Shown piece after piece: positions 29,052 to 39,169 of a DNA stretch of 64,000 bases. The notes under the pieces were generated by a model, which made no database searches, was not told the origin of the DNA, and saw only the letters and a list, made by a program, of their open reading frames with translations. The stretch lies in IMG/VR virus record IMGVR_UViG_3300034111_001607, positions 880 to 64,879 of that record; one strand, 5' to 3'. Position numbers and translations under genes: made by a program. This stretch comes from a virus (taxonomy: Duplodnaviria > Caudoviricetes). Each line of letters begins with the position of its first letter. The stretch's first letter is position 1.

Positions 29052-29816
29052 TTATTTTTTTGTTAAAAGATTGTCAACTTCACTCCAAAAGGAAGCTTCG
29101 TTGTTTTGAACCTGTGCAGGCTCTTTAGATTGGCAGTCCTGTGCAGGACTTGAATTTCTTTTTTCAATAACACCTTGATATGCTCTTAAAAATTCTGTGC
29201 ATTGACTTTGTGTTAAATTTGTGTTTTTACGCAAAAACTCTTCGGCTCTTGAAAACGAAGTTATGTTTTTTAAAATATTATCAAAGTCTTCCATATTTTT
29301 CATAATATCTGCCCTTGCTTTCAAGTTGGCAGGGTTTTTTGTTGTTGAAAATTCTTTCATTATACCTTTGTGTATGATAAAACGACCTCCCTCAAGTGGT
29401 GTTGTCATTGCTTTTTGAATACCAACTGAAAAGCCAAGCTCTCCGTCTTTGTATAATTGTGGTAGTTTTTCCCAAGTGCTTTTGTGAATTTCTTTTGCTT
29501 CGTTTGCAACCTGAAACAAACCATAAACACCTTTATTGGTATCTTTTATTTCAATAGGCTCTGCAGATAAAACAATATAAGGGTTGTGTTCGTGGAACAC
29601 TGAAATTGTTTTTTCTTTGTTGTAAAATTTTTCAATATCTTCGGCAAACGCACCTTTTTTAATAATATCTCCTTGACGGTCTTTATTTTCATAGTATGCT
29701 ACATATCCACCAAAAACACCTTTAATCTTGTCAAATTCATCTAAAGAAATTCCTTGACTTTTATTAATATACTCAACTTCTTGAAATTGCATATTTTCTG
29801 CCACTTTATAAAACAA
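29052..29816 (-). CDS. Prohead maturation protease (HK97 family, S78)
   Basis: FGGYVAYYENKDRQGDIIKKGAF, HEH, GFSVG, EFSTTKNPAN. Confidence 0.92.
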   Translation of the reverse strand: MFYKVAENMQFQEVEYINKSQGISLDEFDKIKGVFGGYVAYYENKDRQGDIIKKGAFAEDIEKFYNKEKTISVFHEHNPYIVLSAEPIEIKDTNKGVYGLFQVANEAKEIHKSTWEKLPQLYKDGELGFSVGIQKAMTTPLEGGRFIIHKGIMKEFSTTKNPANLKARADIMKNMEDFDNILKNITSFSRAEEFLRKNTNLTQSQCTEFLRAYQGVIEKRNSSPAQDCQSKEPAQVQNNEASFWSEVDNLLTKK

Positions 29817-29855
29817 ACTTGACTTTTACTAAAGTAAATATAATAATTATTTGAT

Positions 29856-30230
29856 TTGTCAAGCAAAATTGTGAAAACCAATATTTTAAAAAGCCTATTT
29901 TCTAAAAATATATCTTTTGCAACACTATATATTACCAATTGGAAGGGTTCTTGTTTGTTGCTTTACTTTGTTACATCTTACTTATTTTTACTGTTTTCGG
30001 CTTTTATTCAGCAATACATTAGAATGCTTCCACAGCCATTATTCTTAAATATTATTATCAGTGCAATTTTAATAATAACAATGGCTTTTAAAAGTTATAC
30101 AGACTATATGTTATCAAAAAACTTTATCGTAAATGAAAAACAAGCATTCGGTGGGTTTGTATTTGCAATACATTTCGTAGTAAACTTCCTTAATATAATA
30201 TTTCACTGTATAACAACTTATGTTTCTTAA
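29856..30230 (+). CDS. Small membrane protein upstream of the portal (start uncertain)
   Basis: 3-4 hydrophobic segments; overlaps the portal start. Confidence 0.45.
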   Translation: MSSKIVKTNILKSLFSKNISFATLYITNWKGSCLLLYFVTSYLFLLFSAFIQQYIRMLPQPLFLNIIISAILIITMAFKSYTDYMLSKNFIVNEKQAFGGFVFAIHFVVNFLNIIFHCITTYVS

Positions 30231-31731
30231 AGAAATTGAAACCATCACTACAAAAAACATCAACAAAAGTGTATTGCAAGGAGGGTGGAATAATGGCACT
30301 CCAACCGTTTCATTTATGTATAACAATGCAACTGGTAGCATACTTGGTACACCAAGATATAAAACATTTCAAGACGAAATACATATCAATCCAACAATAC
30401 AAACTATAATCAACAAACAAACATCAATTATCACCGAAGCAGATTTAAGATTAATGGAAAGGGTAAATGGAAAAGATGTTGATGTAAAAAACACAGAAAT
30501 AAAAAAGCTTTTAGATATATTGCTAAGTCCAAACACTGCCCCTGCAATGTTGTCTTGGAATCAAATTGTAACATATTTTTTCCAAAGATATTTTTATTAT
30601 GGAATTGGGGCTTTGGTATTTACCTATAACGAAGACTTAGAAAGAGATGAACAAGGGAGGATTTTAAGAAGACAAATAATTGAAAGTTACGATAGTGAAG
30701 AAGAAAAGCAAAGAAAAATGCGTGCAAATTTACGGTATTTACGCAACTTAAATATTGATAACATACAACCTGCAAAAACCGTTCAATATTCAGATACATT
30801 TGGTAAAATAGAATATAAGATTTCATTATATGAACAGTATACTCAAGAGCTTTCATTCACGCAAGACAAAGAATTGCAAGGATTTTATACAGCAAGGGCA
30901 AACGGAAAATATTATATTGCATTAATCTTTGGAAATTATGATTTTTACACTTGTAAATATCAAACTTTTTTAGAACATATTAAGCCTTCCATTTTGCTTG
31001 AAAATCATATTGCAAGTACACATCAAAGCTTTTACCAAAACGCTTGCATGCCTTCTTCTATTATTGAGGTAATGCCATCATCAAATAACGAAGATGTAAT
31101 TAAATACTTTTTTTCCAAGTTTGGAACTGCAAACGATGATAGTGAGAAATTCAAGGAAGACATGCGTGAAATTGAAAAACAATTAAAAGGCAGTGCCAAT
31201 GCAGGTAAAACAATTGTTTCAAAAGACCCTCGTGTTAAATTCAATGTCATACCACTACAAATCACACCTGATGCAAATAATGCTGAAAAGTTAGTTGGAA
31301 TGGCAAAGAATGATATATATTCCTTTTTTGCAGGTGGTAGCCGTACAGCATTTGAAGGTCAAACCGAATATGCAAATAATGCACAAACTAAAATCAAGGA
31401 GCTTTATGATGGTGCTATTGGATTTATAAACAGCAATTTAATTGATGAGCTTGATAACTTCCTAAAACTTTACTTAAATGTTTTTAAAATAGTTCCACTC
31501 ACTCAATTAAACAATTACTATTTTTCATTAGATACTTCACAAATTCAATTCTATAAAGAATATAAAAAAGAAGAATTAAATCTAATGTATTCACAAAATC
31601 AATTGACTTTGAATGAAATAAGGCAGAAAAAAGGATTGCTTGACGACAACCTATCCGATTTAACCGATTTACCAAATGGAGATAAAATTTTAATTGAGCT
31701 TGGTAAAAATACAGGAATAGGTGGGGCTTAA
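30220..31731 (+). CDS. Portal protein (HK97 family)
   Basis: LLSPN, FYQNACMPSSII, GSANAGKTIV, LTLNEIRQKKGL..LPNGD. Confidence 0.88.
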   Translation: MFLKEIETITTKNINKSVLQGGWNNGTPTVSFMYNNATGSILGTPRYKTFQDEIHINPTIQTIINKQTSIITEADLRLMERVNGKDVDVKNTEIKKLLDILLSPNTAPAMLSWNQIVTYFFQRYFYYGIGALVFTYNEDLERDEQGRILRRQIIESYDSEEEKQRKMRANLRYLRNLNIDNIQPAKTVQYSDTFGKIEYKISLYEQYTQELSFTQDKELQGFYTARANGKYYIALIFGNYDFYTCKYQTFLEHIKPSILLENHIASTHQSFYQNACMPSSIIEVMPSSNNEDVIKYFFSKFGTANDDSEKFKEDMREIEKQLKGSANAGKTIVSKDPRVKFNVIPLQITPDANNAEKLVGMAKNDIYSFFAGGSRTAFEGQTEYANNAQTKIKELYDGAIGFINSNLIDELDNFLKLYLNVFKIVPLTQLNNYYFSLDTSQIQFYKEYKKEELNLMYSQNQLTLNEIRQKKGLLDDNLSDLTDLPNGDKILIELGKNTGIGGA

Positions 31732-31925
31732 GGTAACTGAATAATCTTACTTTTTGTAAGTCCATTATGTGTAACAAAGATTTTTTGATTGCCTTCACTT
31801 AATATTTCTATTTCATATTTTGCATCAGGTCTTTTTGTTATAAATGGTTTACCATTTCTCCAATTCAAAAGTTCGCTTTCAAAATCTTGTAAAAATTCTT
31901 CACAGTTTATTTCATTTTCATTCAT
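31728..31925 (-). CDS. Hypothetical protein
   Basis: Small ORF in a minus-strand mini-operon. Confidence 0.5.
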   Translation of the reverse strand: MNENEINCEEFLQDFESELLNWRNGKPFITKRPDAKYEIEILSEGNQKIFVTHNGLTKSKIIQLP

Positions 31926-31930
31926 ATACT

Positions 31931-32131
31931 TTACTTCTTAAATAATTCATTAACCTCCTCTTTTCTTTTAACTACCCACATTTGTGCATCGGATATTTTA
32001 ACTTTTGGATTGTCTATGTTATCCCACATAAGATGACAATATTTTCCTTGTGCGGTTTCATTTGAGGGTTTGCTTTGACCCTTTTTCCAACCGAGTAAGA
32101 TAAAAAGATTTTCAAGTGTTGGTTTTTTCAT
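31931..32131 (-). CDS. Hypothetical protein
   Basis: Small ORF in the mini-operon. Confidence 0.5.
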   Translation of the reverse strand: MKKPTLENLFILLGWKKGQSKPSNETAQGKYCHLMWDNIDNPKVKISDAQMWVVKRKEEVNELFKK

Positions 32132-32140
32132 ATACTATGT

Positions 32141-32758
32141 TTATTTTACAGTAACAACTTGAACATTATCCAAAACTCCACACGCATCAAAACACTCTTC
32201 GAGTATCGACTCCATATTATTATCAAGAAAATCTTGTAATTCCTCTACAAAGGAGTTCATTTCGTCATGTTTGTTAATAAAAGCGTGGTGTTCTTCTGGT
32301 GTTAGAAGTGTAGTGCTATGATATTGTTTCAAAATTGTGGTCAATTCGCTATCTTCATTCACCCTTTTATACAATTCTTCATAATTTATACTTTTATAGC
32401 TCTGTATTTTCGTTTCGGGATATTTATGCTGTATCACATTGAATAGCTCTGAGATATTAATTCTGTCGTATACACTACCTCCATAAATACGGTCTAATGG
32501 GTATTTTTTATTTATCTCCGAAGTTAGAAAGTCTTTTGTTTTTTCAACAGCACCACGAATTACTTCCCTTGACCAACCAAGTATATCATGAGGCAAGCTC
32601 TCTCGTAGGTAGTGTGCGGCAATTTTTTTAAAATTCTCTTTGTTTACTATACATTCCCTTGATACGACGCTGTCTTTATCTCTCACGAGTTGGTATCTTA
32701 TATAAATATCTTTATCATTGTTTGTCATATTATTTTGTATTAGTTGTTTATATATCAA
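32141..32758 (-). CDS. Hypothetical protein
   Basis: 205-aa ORF. Confidence 0.6.
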   Translation of the reverse strand: MIYKQLIQNNMTNNDKDIYIRYQLVRDKDSVVSRECIVNKENFKKIAAHYLRESLPHDILGWSREVIRGAVEKTKDFLTSEINKKYPLDRIYGGSVYDRINISELFNVIQHKYPETKIQSYKSINYEELYKRVNEDSELTTILKQYHSTTLLTPEEHHAFINKHDEMNSFVEELQDFLDNNMESILEECFDACGVLDNVQVVTVK

Positions 32759-32939
32759 AAATTTTGCATAAAACCTTATGTATGTCGTGCATTATAACGC
32801 CACCAATGGCAATGTAAAAAGTATGGGAACTTTCTACTTGGAAGAAGTGTTTCACTGTTATAAGTAATATAACCCATAGCGGTATACAAATCAAAAATCG
32901 TAATAATATTTTCATATATTTTATAATAACTATATTCAA
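32748..32939 (-). CDS. Small membrane protein
   Basis: Hydrophobic ORF downstream of a TTGACA promoter. Confidence 0.4.
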   Translation of the reverse strand: MNIVIIKYMKILLRFLICIPLWVILLITVKHFFQVESSHTFYIAIGGVIMHDIHKVLCKIFDI

Positions 32940-33040
32940 TATATAAACATACTTTTTAAAATGTCAAGTCTTTTTTACAATATTTGTAAAAAAAGTCCGG
33001 AGAATTTGACATTTATTGTAAATTCAGCCCCAAACTGTTT

Positions 33041-33098
33041 ATAACTTGACATTTCCTGCATCGGAAGTTATAAGAAGTTATCGGAAGTTATCGGGAAT
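33041..33098 (+). promoter_or_regulatory. Promoter overlapped by 10-bp-period repeats
   Basis: TTGACA-N17-TATAAG; TCGGAAGTTA TAAGAAGTTA TCGGAAGTTA TCGGGAAT. Confidence 0.55.
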
Positions 33099-34094
33099 AT
33101 GCAACAAGGTGCGAACTTCATTCGTGAAATAGATAAAACAAAACAAATAATTGAAGCAAGATATACAAGAGAGTTTATCCGTCTTTACAAACGCATCGGA
33201 AACGACTTGATTAACTTATTGCAGAAAAACCAATCAATAAACTTTCAAGAGACTTTCAAGAACTACACGCCAGATTATGTATATCTTTTTAGAAATATCT
33301 TTAATGATACCAAAAAAGAGCTTGGTTATGGAATAAGAACGAAATTGAACTTCAACCTTTCAAATCAAGTGCTTTTAAAAAGCGTTGTAGTGAGTGAAAC
33401 AGAACAGGAAAAAGTAAATGATTTATTTGATGAAAAATACACGCTCCTTCTTAACAATAGAACTGAAGAGCTTGCAAATAATAATTTTACAAACAGTGAA
33501 GCAAATTACTTTGAAAATCTATACACAAAATCAATAGGAATGTATGATAATTTTATTGCAGGTCAAAGACAAGAACAGTCTACACTTGGAACTGAACTTT
33601 TGGGACTTCTTTTAATTACAAATCCATCTAAAGCAGAAAAAACACGCATAAAGTATTTACAAAGACGAACGGAAACACTAAAGCAAAATACAGAAATGCT
33701 TGTTGAGAAACGCAATAAAACGGTTTTAAACTACTTCAAAGACAACCTTGAGGAAAAAATACCAGTTCGTTCGCAAAGCAACGCAGAATACGGCACAGGG
33801 CAAGCCTCAAGTGAGGTTAGAGAGGTAGAATATAATGCCATAAAAGAAAGCAACGCACAAACAAGCTCAGGGGTACTGGTCGCCAGTCTTATAAAAAAAG
33901 TTTGGTGGGAGCGTTCGCAGTTTATAAGAGGTGCAAGTCCAAGAATAAACCACCTTGCATTAAGTGGAAGTCAATCAAATTCGCAAGGAAACTTTTATGT
34001 TGGTGGTTATGAAGTGCCAAGCCCAAGACACTATAATTTACCAGCCGAAGAAAGTGCAAGGTGTAGGTGTGAGGTTGAATATATGATTAATTAA
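33099..34094 (+). CDS. Minor head/head morphogenesis protein (Mu gpF/SPP1 gp7-like)
   Basis: KKVW...R.NH...FYVGG...P...LPAEESARCRC. Confidence 0.8.
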   Translation: MQQGANFIREIDKTKQIIEARYTREFIRLYKRIGNDLINLLQKNQSINFQETFKNYTPDYVYLFRNIFNDTKKELGYGIRTKLNFNLSNQVLLKSVVVSETEQEKVNDLFDEKYTLLLNNRTEELANNNFTNSEANYFENLYTKSIGMYDNFIAGQRQEQSTLGTELLGLLLITNPSKAEKTRIKYLQRRTETLKQNTEMLVEKRNKTVLNYFKDNLEEKIPVRSQSNAEYGTGQASSEVREVEYNAIKESNAQTSSGVLVASLIKKVWWERSQFIRGASPRINHLALSGSQSNSQGNFYVGGYEVPSPRHYNLPAEESARCRCEVEYMIN

Positions 34095-34557
34095 GGTTTA
34101 GCTCGTAAATCATATAACCATTTTCACTTTTCATTATAGCTACTTCGCCGTTTTTAGTTTTAGTTGTAGCGTTGATAAAGTTAAGATTATAATAAATGTC
34201 TGGGTTGCCCTTGCTTAATGTTACAATTTTACTACACTTTTTATTGCATTTAACATACTCTATCAAGTGTGTTCTTAACTTGTTAGCAATTCCACGCCTT
34301 CTGTATTTTTTATTAACAAATAGGCTCCAAATTCTAAAACAATTGCTATTTTTAAAACGATCGTGAAGCCAAACCCCGCCGTATATATAAGCAATTGGTT
34401 TGTTATTTTTAAAATAGATAAAACACGGATCACTATTTAATGTGGAAATATGCAGTGGTACGAATGCCCCAGTCTCTTTACAAAAAGCCCGTGCCATACC
34501 ATAAATTCTTTTTTTAGTTTTTTTGGTAAATTCACTATCTTGACTACTTAATATCAT
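34087..34557 (-). CDS. GNAT family acetyltransferase
   Basis: LFVNKKYRRRGIA acetyl-CoA motif; YYNLNF. Confidence 0.8.
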   Translation of the reverse strand: MILSSQDSEFTKKTKKRIYGMARAFCKETGAFVPLHISTLNSDPCFIYFKNNKPIAYIYGGVWLHDRFKNSNCFRIWSLFVNKKYRRRGIANKLRTHLIEYVKCNKKCSKIVTLSKGNPDIYYNLNFINATTKTKNGEVAIMKSENGYMIYELNLN

Positions 34558-34811
34558 ACCGTTTTCATCAACTCAATGGGAGGCTCTTCACTGCCAAGAC
34601 TAATCTCGCTTACTTTAATCATTTCTAAAACTTTTTTATAAACTTCTTGTCTTTCTTCTTTGGTTGGAAATTCCCACCAACAAACACGCATATTTTCGCT
34701 ATAAAACTCTATTATGTATGACATACCATAACATTCTTTTTGCTCGTGAAATCTAATACAATATATCAGGAAGGTATTAATTGGCGGTTGGCTTTTGTAT
34801 TTTATAAACAT
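34554..34811 (-). CDS. Hypothetical protein
   Basis: First ORF after a promoter. Confidence 0.5.
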   Translation of the reverse strand: MFIKYKSQPPINTFLIYCIRFHEQKECYGMSYIIEFYSENMRVCWWEFPTKEERQEVYKKVLEMIKVSEISLGSEEPPIELMKTV

Positions 34812-34990
34812 ATAATTTGTATTAGTTATACATCATATAAACACACTATTTTTAAAAAGTCAAGAAGTTTTTTATTATTTAATTATATATTGTTGCGGTA
34901 AAATATTATTATTTAATTAAACAAAACTTGACATTTAAATTTTTGCTTTATAAAAAAGTATATGACTAATATATTTTATAAAAAAACTTA

Positions 34991-35218
34991 ATGAAGCAAA
35001 ATAAATATAGAAGAATAGCTCACAAAATGGGCTATTATAAAAACTTTGAAAATAGATATTCAAAAACCCCACCAGAAAAAACGGGCTTGCAAGGCGTTGC
35101 TATATATTTACTTGATGAAATAGAAAGCATAAATGAAAGGCGTGCAAATAAGGGTATTTTAGATGAATACGAGCTTATGAAAAACTTTTTTAATGAAATG
35201 AAAAACTATTATAAATAA
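34991..35218 (+). CDS. Hypothetical protein
   Basis: ORF after a TTGACA promoter. Confidence 0.5.
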   Translation: MKQNKYRRIAHKMGYYKNFENRYSKTPPEKTGLQGVAIYLLDEIESINERRANKGILDEYELMKNFFNEMKNYYK

Positions 35219-35220
35219 TT

Positions 35221-35592
35221 ATGTTTAAATGTCTTAAAATTAAAAAGCTGCGTAAGCTGAGGTTAAATAAACAATACCAATGGTGTAAAAAAGAATACCA
35301 AACTTTAAATGAAGCAGGTAAAACAGCCTTTTCAACATTTAAGGAATATGCAATAAAATACAAATACCAACACTATTTGAATAACTCTTTTGTTTTTGAC
35401 ACTCTTGAAGCTAAAACAAGAAGAAATTATGCAACCCCGTTGCGTTCATTTTATTTACATTCTAAGTGGGTAGGATATCACACAAAGGACTTAAATAGTG
35501 CAGAATATATGGCAACACAAATAGACAATTATATTGATTGGGCTACTGCTATAAAATTAAAGCCATCTTATCACACTTGTTGCAAAAAATAA
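35221..35592 (+). CDS. Hypothetical protein
   Basis: Coupled ORF. Confidence 0.5.
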   Translation: MFKCLKIKKLRKLRLNKQYQWCKKEYQTLNEAGKTAFSTFKEYAIKYKYQHYLNNSFVFDTLEAKTRRNYATPLRSFYLHSKWVGYHTKDLNSAEYMATQIDNYIDWATAIKLKPSYHTCCKK

Positions 35593-35593
35593 T

Positions 35594-37300
35594 TCAACCA
35601 AAAATACCTGAGAAGTTCATATTGAATTGAGGTTTTGTTGAAAGTATATAGCAGGCATCAATTAATGTGTCTACCATATCATCATTTTCATAATCACTTT
35701 CTTCTTCGGTAAAAGCCTCACACTCGTCTAAAAATGGCTCTACAAATGATTTTGCAATTCCACCATTTCTAACCATTATATCATTATTCGGTAAGTACAC
35801 ACGCCCCTTGCCATTTGCATTGCAGATAACAAACTGTACCTCATAAAACCTTAATATTTTGCTTTTTGTTCTTGGAATTGGTTTTATTAAATAAGAAAAT
35901 GGGCTGTTTGAATGTTCCATAATATCAAGTGTTTGTGCGTTTCCGCTTTTTTCAAGGTAAATACCTGAAATTGTAGTATTTGGTATTGCATTATTCCAAA
36001 CTTGATGGACGGTTTCAAGCTTTTTAAAGTATGCAGTTCCACGCCCCTTAAAACGGTGCAAGTCAAGTAAATATAAATTCCTTAACTTGTTTATCCCCCA
36101 TACTGCAATAACACTATAATCACTCTTTTTGTTATCTGTATAAGCAAGGTCAACTGTAATAAATACATCGTCAAACTGTTGTGTTAAATCTTCCTCAGAA
36201 TATCTATTGAACATATTCCTTGACATAAGAATGCTATCGGCAAGCATTGGTTTTCCCTGCATTTGAGCATTAAAGTCTTTTAAAGACATTTGAGAGCGTG
36301 CTTGTAGTATTTTCCTTTGTGTAAGTGTTCCTGCCTCTGTATAAGCTCCCTGTGGGGCATTATAAGTTGTACCACTCTTTGGAAAAATATAACTTGTTGC
36401 TTTTTCTTGAATTGATGGAATATTTACCCAAGTTGTATTCATTTTTACACCCGCCTCTTCCATTTTTTCTATAATGTCGCCAACAATATAACAAAAATCT
36501 TTTGGGAAAAGTCTTTGCATTGCAATCATAAGCCTTGGTTCTTTTGTTTTAACAACGCCGTCTTTTTGTAATTCTTCCGTAAGTCTCGCTTGTTTTATAG
36601 CATCGTTTTTTTGCGACTTTGTAAGTTGTTGAAAATATTCGCCTTCAAAATCACTACTTGAATAAGAGTAGTCAACTGTTCTTATGGCTCTTAAAAGTCC
36701 ATTAATAAAGAAATTTTCAAGCGTTCTTCTTTTTGCTTCACTTCGGTAATGTTCTTGAGTTTGCGGGTCGTCAATTATAGCAAGTGTTAAATCTGAACCA
36801 ACGGAAGAGGAAAGACAAGAACCAACACGCCTATACCCTTTTTGCGGTGTTTTGAAAATCAAAGCATTGTATTCCGTCTTTATTTCATTAATGAATGTTT
36901 TACTAAAATCTAAGTTAAGAATGTCGTGTGCTTGATTATGCCATAGCTTTGCATCTTCTGTTAAGGCTCTTGAATAGCAACCAATACGCTCCGAAGGGTC
37001 TCTAAGTAACGCCCACGCACTTGCAAGAACTGAAATAAAAACAGACTTCCCCCAACCCCTTGGAAAGTTATAAATACCCCACTGGAAATAGCCTTTTATG
37101 TTATACTCAATATGTTCGCAAGCAAGCTGTGTTGTATAGTGTGGCTTGTATGGAGTGCCAAAGGCTTCTTGGAATACATCTTTTACAAATGAATGGAAGT
37201 CGTCTTTATAAAACTCACGCATTAATGCAAGTTTATATTGATATTCTTGCTCTGGTGAAAGTGTTGTCTTTGTATTTGATATTTCTTGAATAAGGTTCAT
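35594..37300 (-). CDS. terL: Terminase large subunit
   Basis: Walker A NFPRGWGKS, Walker B IIDDP, MQRL, RuvC-like TVDLA..SDYS and DDMVD. Confidence 0.93.
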   Translation of the reverse strand: MNLIQEISNTKTTLSPEQEYQYKLALMREFYKDDFHSFVKDVFQEAFGTPYKPHYTTQLACEHIEYNIKGYFQWGIYNFPRGWGKSVFISVLASAWALLRDPSERIGCYSRALTEDAKLWHNQAHDILNLDFSKTFINEIKTEYNALIFKTPQKGYRRVGSCLSSSVGSDLTLAIIDDPQTQEHYRSEAKRRTLENFFINGLLRAIRTVDYSYSSSDFEGEYFQQLTKSQKNDAIKQARLTEELQKDGVVKTKEPRLMIAMQRLFPKDFCYIVGDIIEKMEEAGVKMNTTWVNIPSIQEKATSYIFPKSGTTYNAPQGAYTEAGTLTQRKILQARSQMSLKDFNAQMQGKPMLADSILMSRNMFNRYSEEDLTQQFDDVFITVDLAYTDNKKSDYSVIAVWGINKLRNLYLLDLHRFKGRGTAYFKKLETVHQVWNNAIPNTTISGIYLEKSGNAQTLDIMEHSNSPFSYLIKPIPRTKSKILRFYEVQFVICNANGKGRVYLPNNDIMVRNGGIAKSFVEPFLDECEAFTEEESDYENDDMVDTLIDACYILSTKPQFNMNFSGIFG

Positions 37301-38025
37301 TTTGCTATTTTTTTACAAAACTCTTGGAATGCTTCTTGCTCTGATATTTTAGAAAACTGTGTTTCAACTTTTATGTCTGTATTGTTATTCTGCTGAGCGT
37401 TTGTGTTGTTGACTTGCATTGCTACCGTTGGTGTAGTTTGTAAAACCCCCAACCCATAAAGTGTTTTGATTATCATTTCACTTGCACGCACTACTTCGGG
37501 TATTTTATGCTCCTCAACTGTTTTAGTTTGTTTTTTCTCACCTGTTTTCACGCCACCAAAAGACACAATATCCTCCTCAACCATTTTTGCAGTTCGTCCT
37601 TTTTTAACAAGGTCAAGAATGTATTGATTGACAATATAAGCATTTTCAAGCGTTTCCTTTGTGAGTTTATTGCGTTCTTTTTCAAGATTTACCAAAACTA
37701 TTGCTTCTTGCGTTGCATCTACTGTTGCTTGTTTTGTTATAATATCGTCTTTTATTTGCTCCTCTTGTTTTTTAAACTGTTTCATAATCTTTTCTTTATG
37801 CACTATTTTTTGTGCATCGTAAATTCTATTTTCGGAAGGGTTTCTTATTTGCCAAACATCATTTGCGTCTTCGTTAATCCATTTTGCAAGCGTTTGCCTT
37901 GATACTGAACCACCACTTTTTTTAATAGCTTCGCAAATTTCTTCCAGTGTATATTTACCCAACTCAAATAATGCTCTTGCTTGTAGTTTCACTTTTAATG
38001 TTTGTTCCCTTGAGGCTTTTGGCAT
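37297..38025 (-). CDS. Putative terminase small subunit
   Basis: N-terminal HTH (TLEEIC..VSRQTLAKW); overlaps the terL start. Confidence 0.65.
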   Translation of the reverse strand: MPKASREQTLKVKLQARALFELGKYTLEEICEAIKKSGGSVSRQTLAKWINEDANDVWQIRNPSENRIYDAQKIVHKEKIMKQFKKQEEQIKDDIITKQATVDATQEAIVLVNLEKERNKLTKETLENAYIVNQYILDLVKKGRTAKMVEEDIVSFGGVKTGEKKQTKTVEEHKIPEVVRASEMIIKTLYGLGVLQTTPTVAMQVNNTNAQQNNNTDIKVETQFSKISEQEAFQEFCKKIAK

Positions 38026-38028
38026 AAA

Positions 38029-39003
38029 TTATAATAATGTATTTTCTTGATAACTTACCTTGTGTTTTACATCACTTTCAAAATCCATAACACCCCTTTC
38101 GTTCAACCATTTGTCTTGCCGTTCAAGGTCTTCTTTCCAGTTTGCAAGACGGTCATTAGCTATTTTTATATACCCTTCGTCTCGTTCACAACAAAGGAAG
38201 TTTCTACCCTCTTGAATACTTGCTAAAGCAGTTGTTCCACTCCCTGAAAAACAATCTAAAATAGTGTCGCCTTGCTGTGTAAAAAGTTTGATTAATCTTC
38301 TAAAAAGTAAAGTTGGTTTAACAGTAGGATGTGTGATGTTATGGTTTGAACGATGCATTTGATTTTCTTTGCAAAAAGACCATATACTTGGAAGATTGAT
38401 ATTTTCTTCAAAGCGACCTTTACTTCTTGGAATGTTGTTTTTATCAAAATTATAGAATTCATCATTTTTGTTTGAAGTTTCTAAAATTTGTGGCTTTTCT
38501 TTTCCTGATTTTAAAAAAGCGATATATCTCTTTATTGTTTCAAAATTTGCTATTCCGTGGAACGCATTGTCCACTGTAATATCCTCAAAAGGTGCCTTGT
38601 TTGCATAAGTTTGTGGCTTTCCTTTTTGAAATACAAAAATATTTTCGTGTATTCTTGCAAGCTTTTGAAATGGACTTGATAAAATTCGTTTACACCATAC
38701 AATTTCATTACACATTTGCCAAGGTTTAAATCTTACCTCCATTGTTATTCTTCCAAAATCCCACGCTGATGGAAACTGCCCAAAAAAAATAAACCAACCA
38801 TCTTGTTTCAATACCCGCATTGCTTCAATTCTTACTTGTTTTGCAATATCAAGATTATATCCTTCTTCTATTTTATGCCCCTTGAGTAGCATATAAGGTT
38901 CATCAATAAGCACGCATTCTGTGCATTCATCAGGAAGGCTTTTAAGATATTCCAAGCAGTCCATTTGAATTATCTTATTTAACTTACTCCCTAATTCTTG
39001 CAT
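38029..39003 (-). CDS. DNA N6-adenine/N4-cytosine methyltransferase, beta class
   Basis: DEPY (DPPY variant), HPTVKP, LDCFSGSGTT. Confidence 0.9.
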   Translation of the reverse strand: MQELGSKLNKIIQMDCLEYLKSLPDECTECVLIDEPYMLLKGHKIEEGYNLDIAKQVRIEAMRVLKQDGWFIFFGQFPSAWDFGRITMEVRFKPWQMCNEIVWCKRILSSPFQKLARIHENIFVFQKGKPQTYANKAPFEDITVDNAFHGIANFETIKRYIAFLKSGKEKPQILETSNKNDEFYNFDKNNIPRSKGRFEENINLPSIWSFCKENQMHRSNHNITHPTVKPTLLFRRLIKLFTQQGDTILDCFSGSGTTALASIQEGRNFLCCERDEGYIKIANDRLANWKEDLERQDKWLNERGVMDFESDVKHKVSYQENTLL

Positions 39004-39006
39004 TAA

Positions 39007-39077
39007 ATGTTAAATAAAAAAGTTTTATGTTAAATAAAATGTTAAATAAACTTAAAATGTCAAGTGTTATTTAACAT
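39007..39077. repeat. ATGTTAAATAA repeats (3 direct, 1 inverted) around the promoter of the MTase-terminase operon
   Basis: Direct copies at 39007, 39027 and 39039; inverted copy at 39067; TTGACA on the minus strand at about 39058-39063. Confidence 0.65.
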
Positions 39078-39121
39078 TGCTATTTCTTAAACCATTGTAG
39101 ATATATTTGATGTGAAAGTTG

Positions 39122-39146
39122 TGCCAAGGGAGAGAGCCCCTTGGCA
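39122..39146 (-). terminator. Hairpin, probable terminator
   Basis: TGCCAAGGG/CCCTTGGCA stem; the U-tract is weak. Confidence 0.5.
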
Positions 39147-39169
39147 AGCTGTTTGTAAAGTATAACTAG

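Noticed and set aside
39010-39055. CtrA boxes (TTAA-N7-TTAA)
   Set aside because: The observed spacings are N8 and N6
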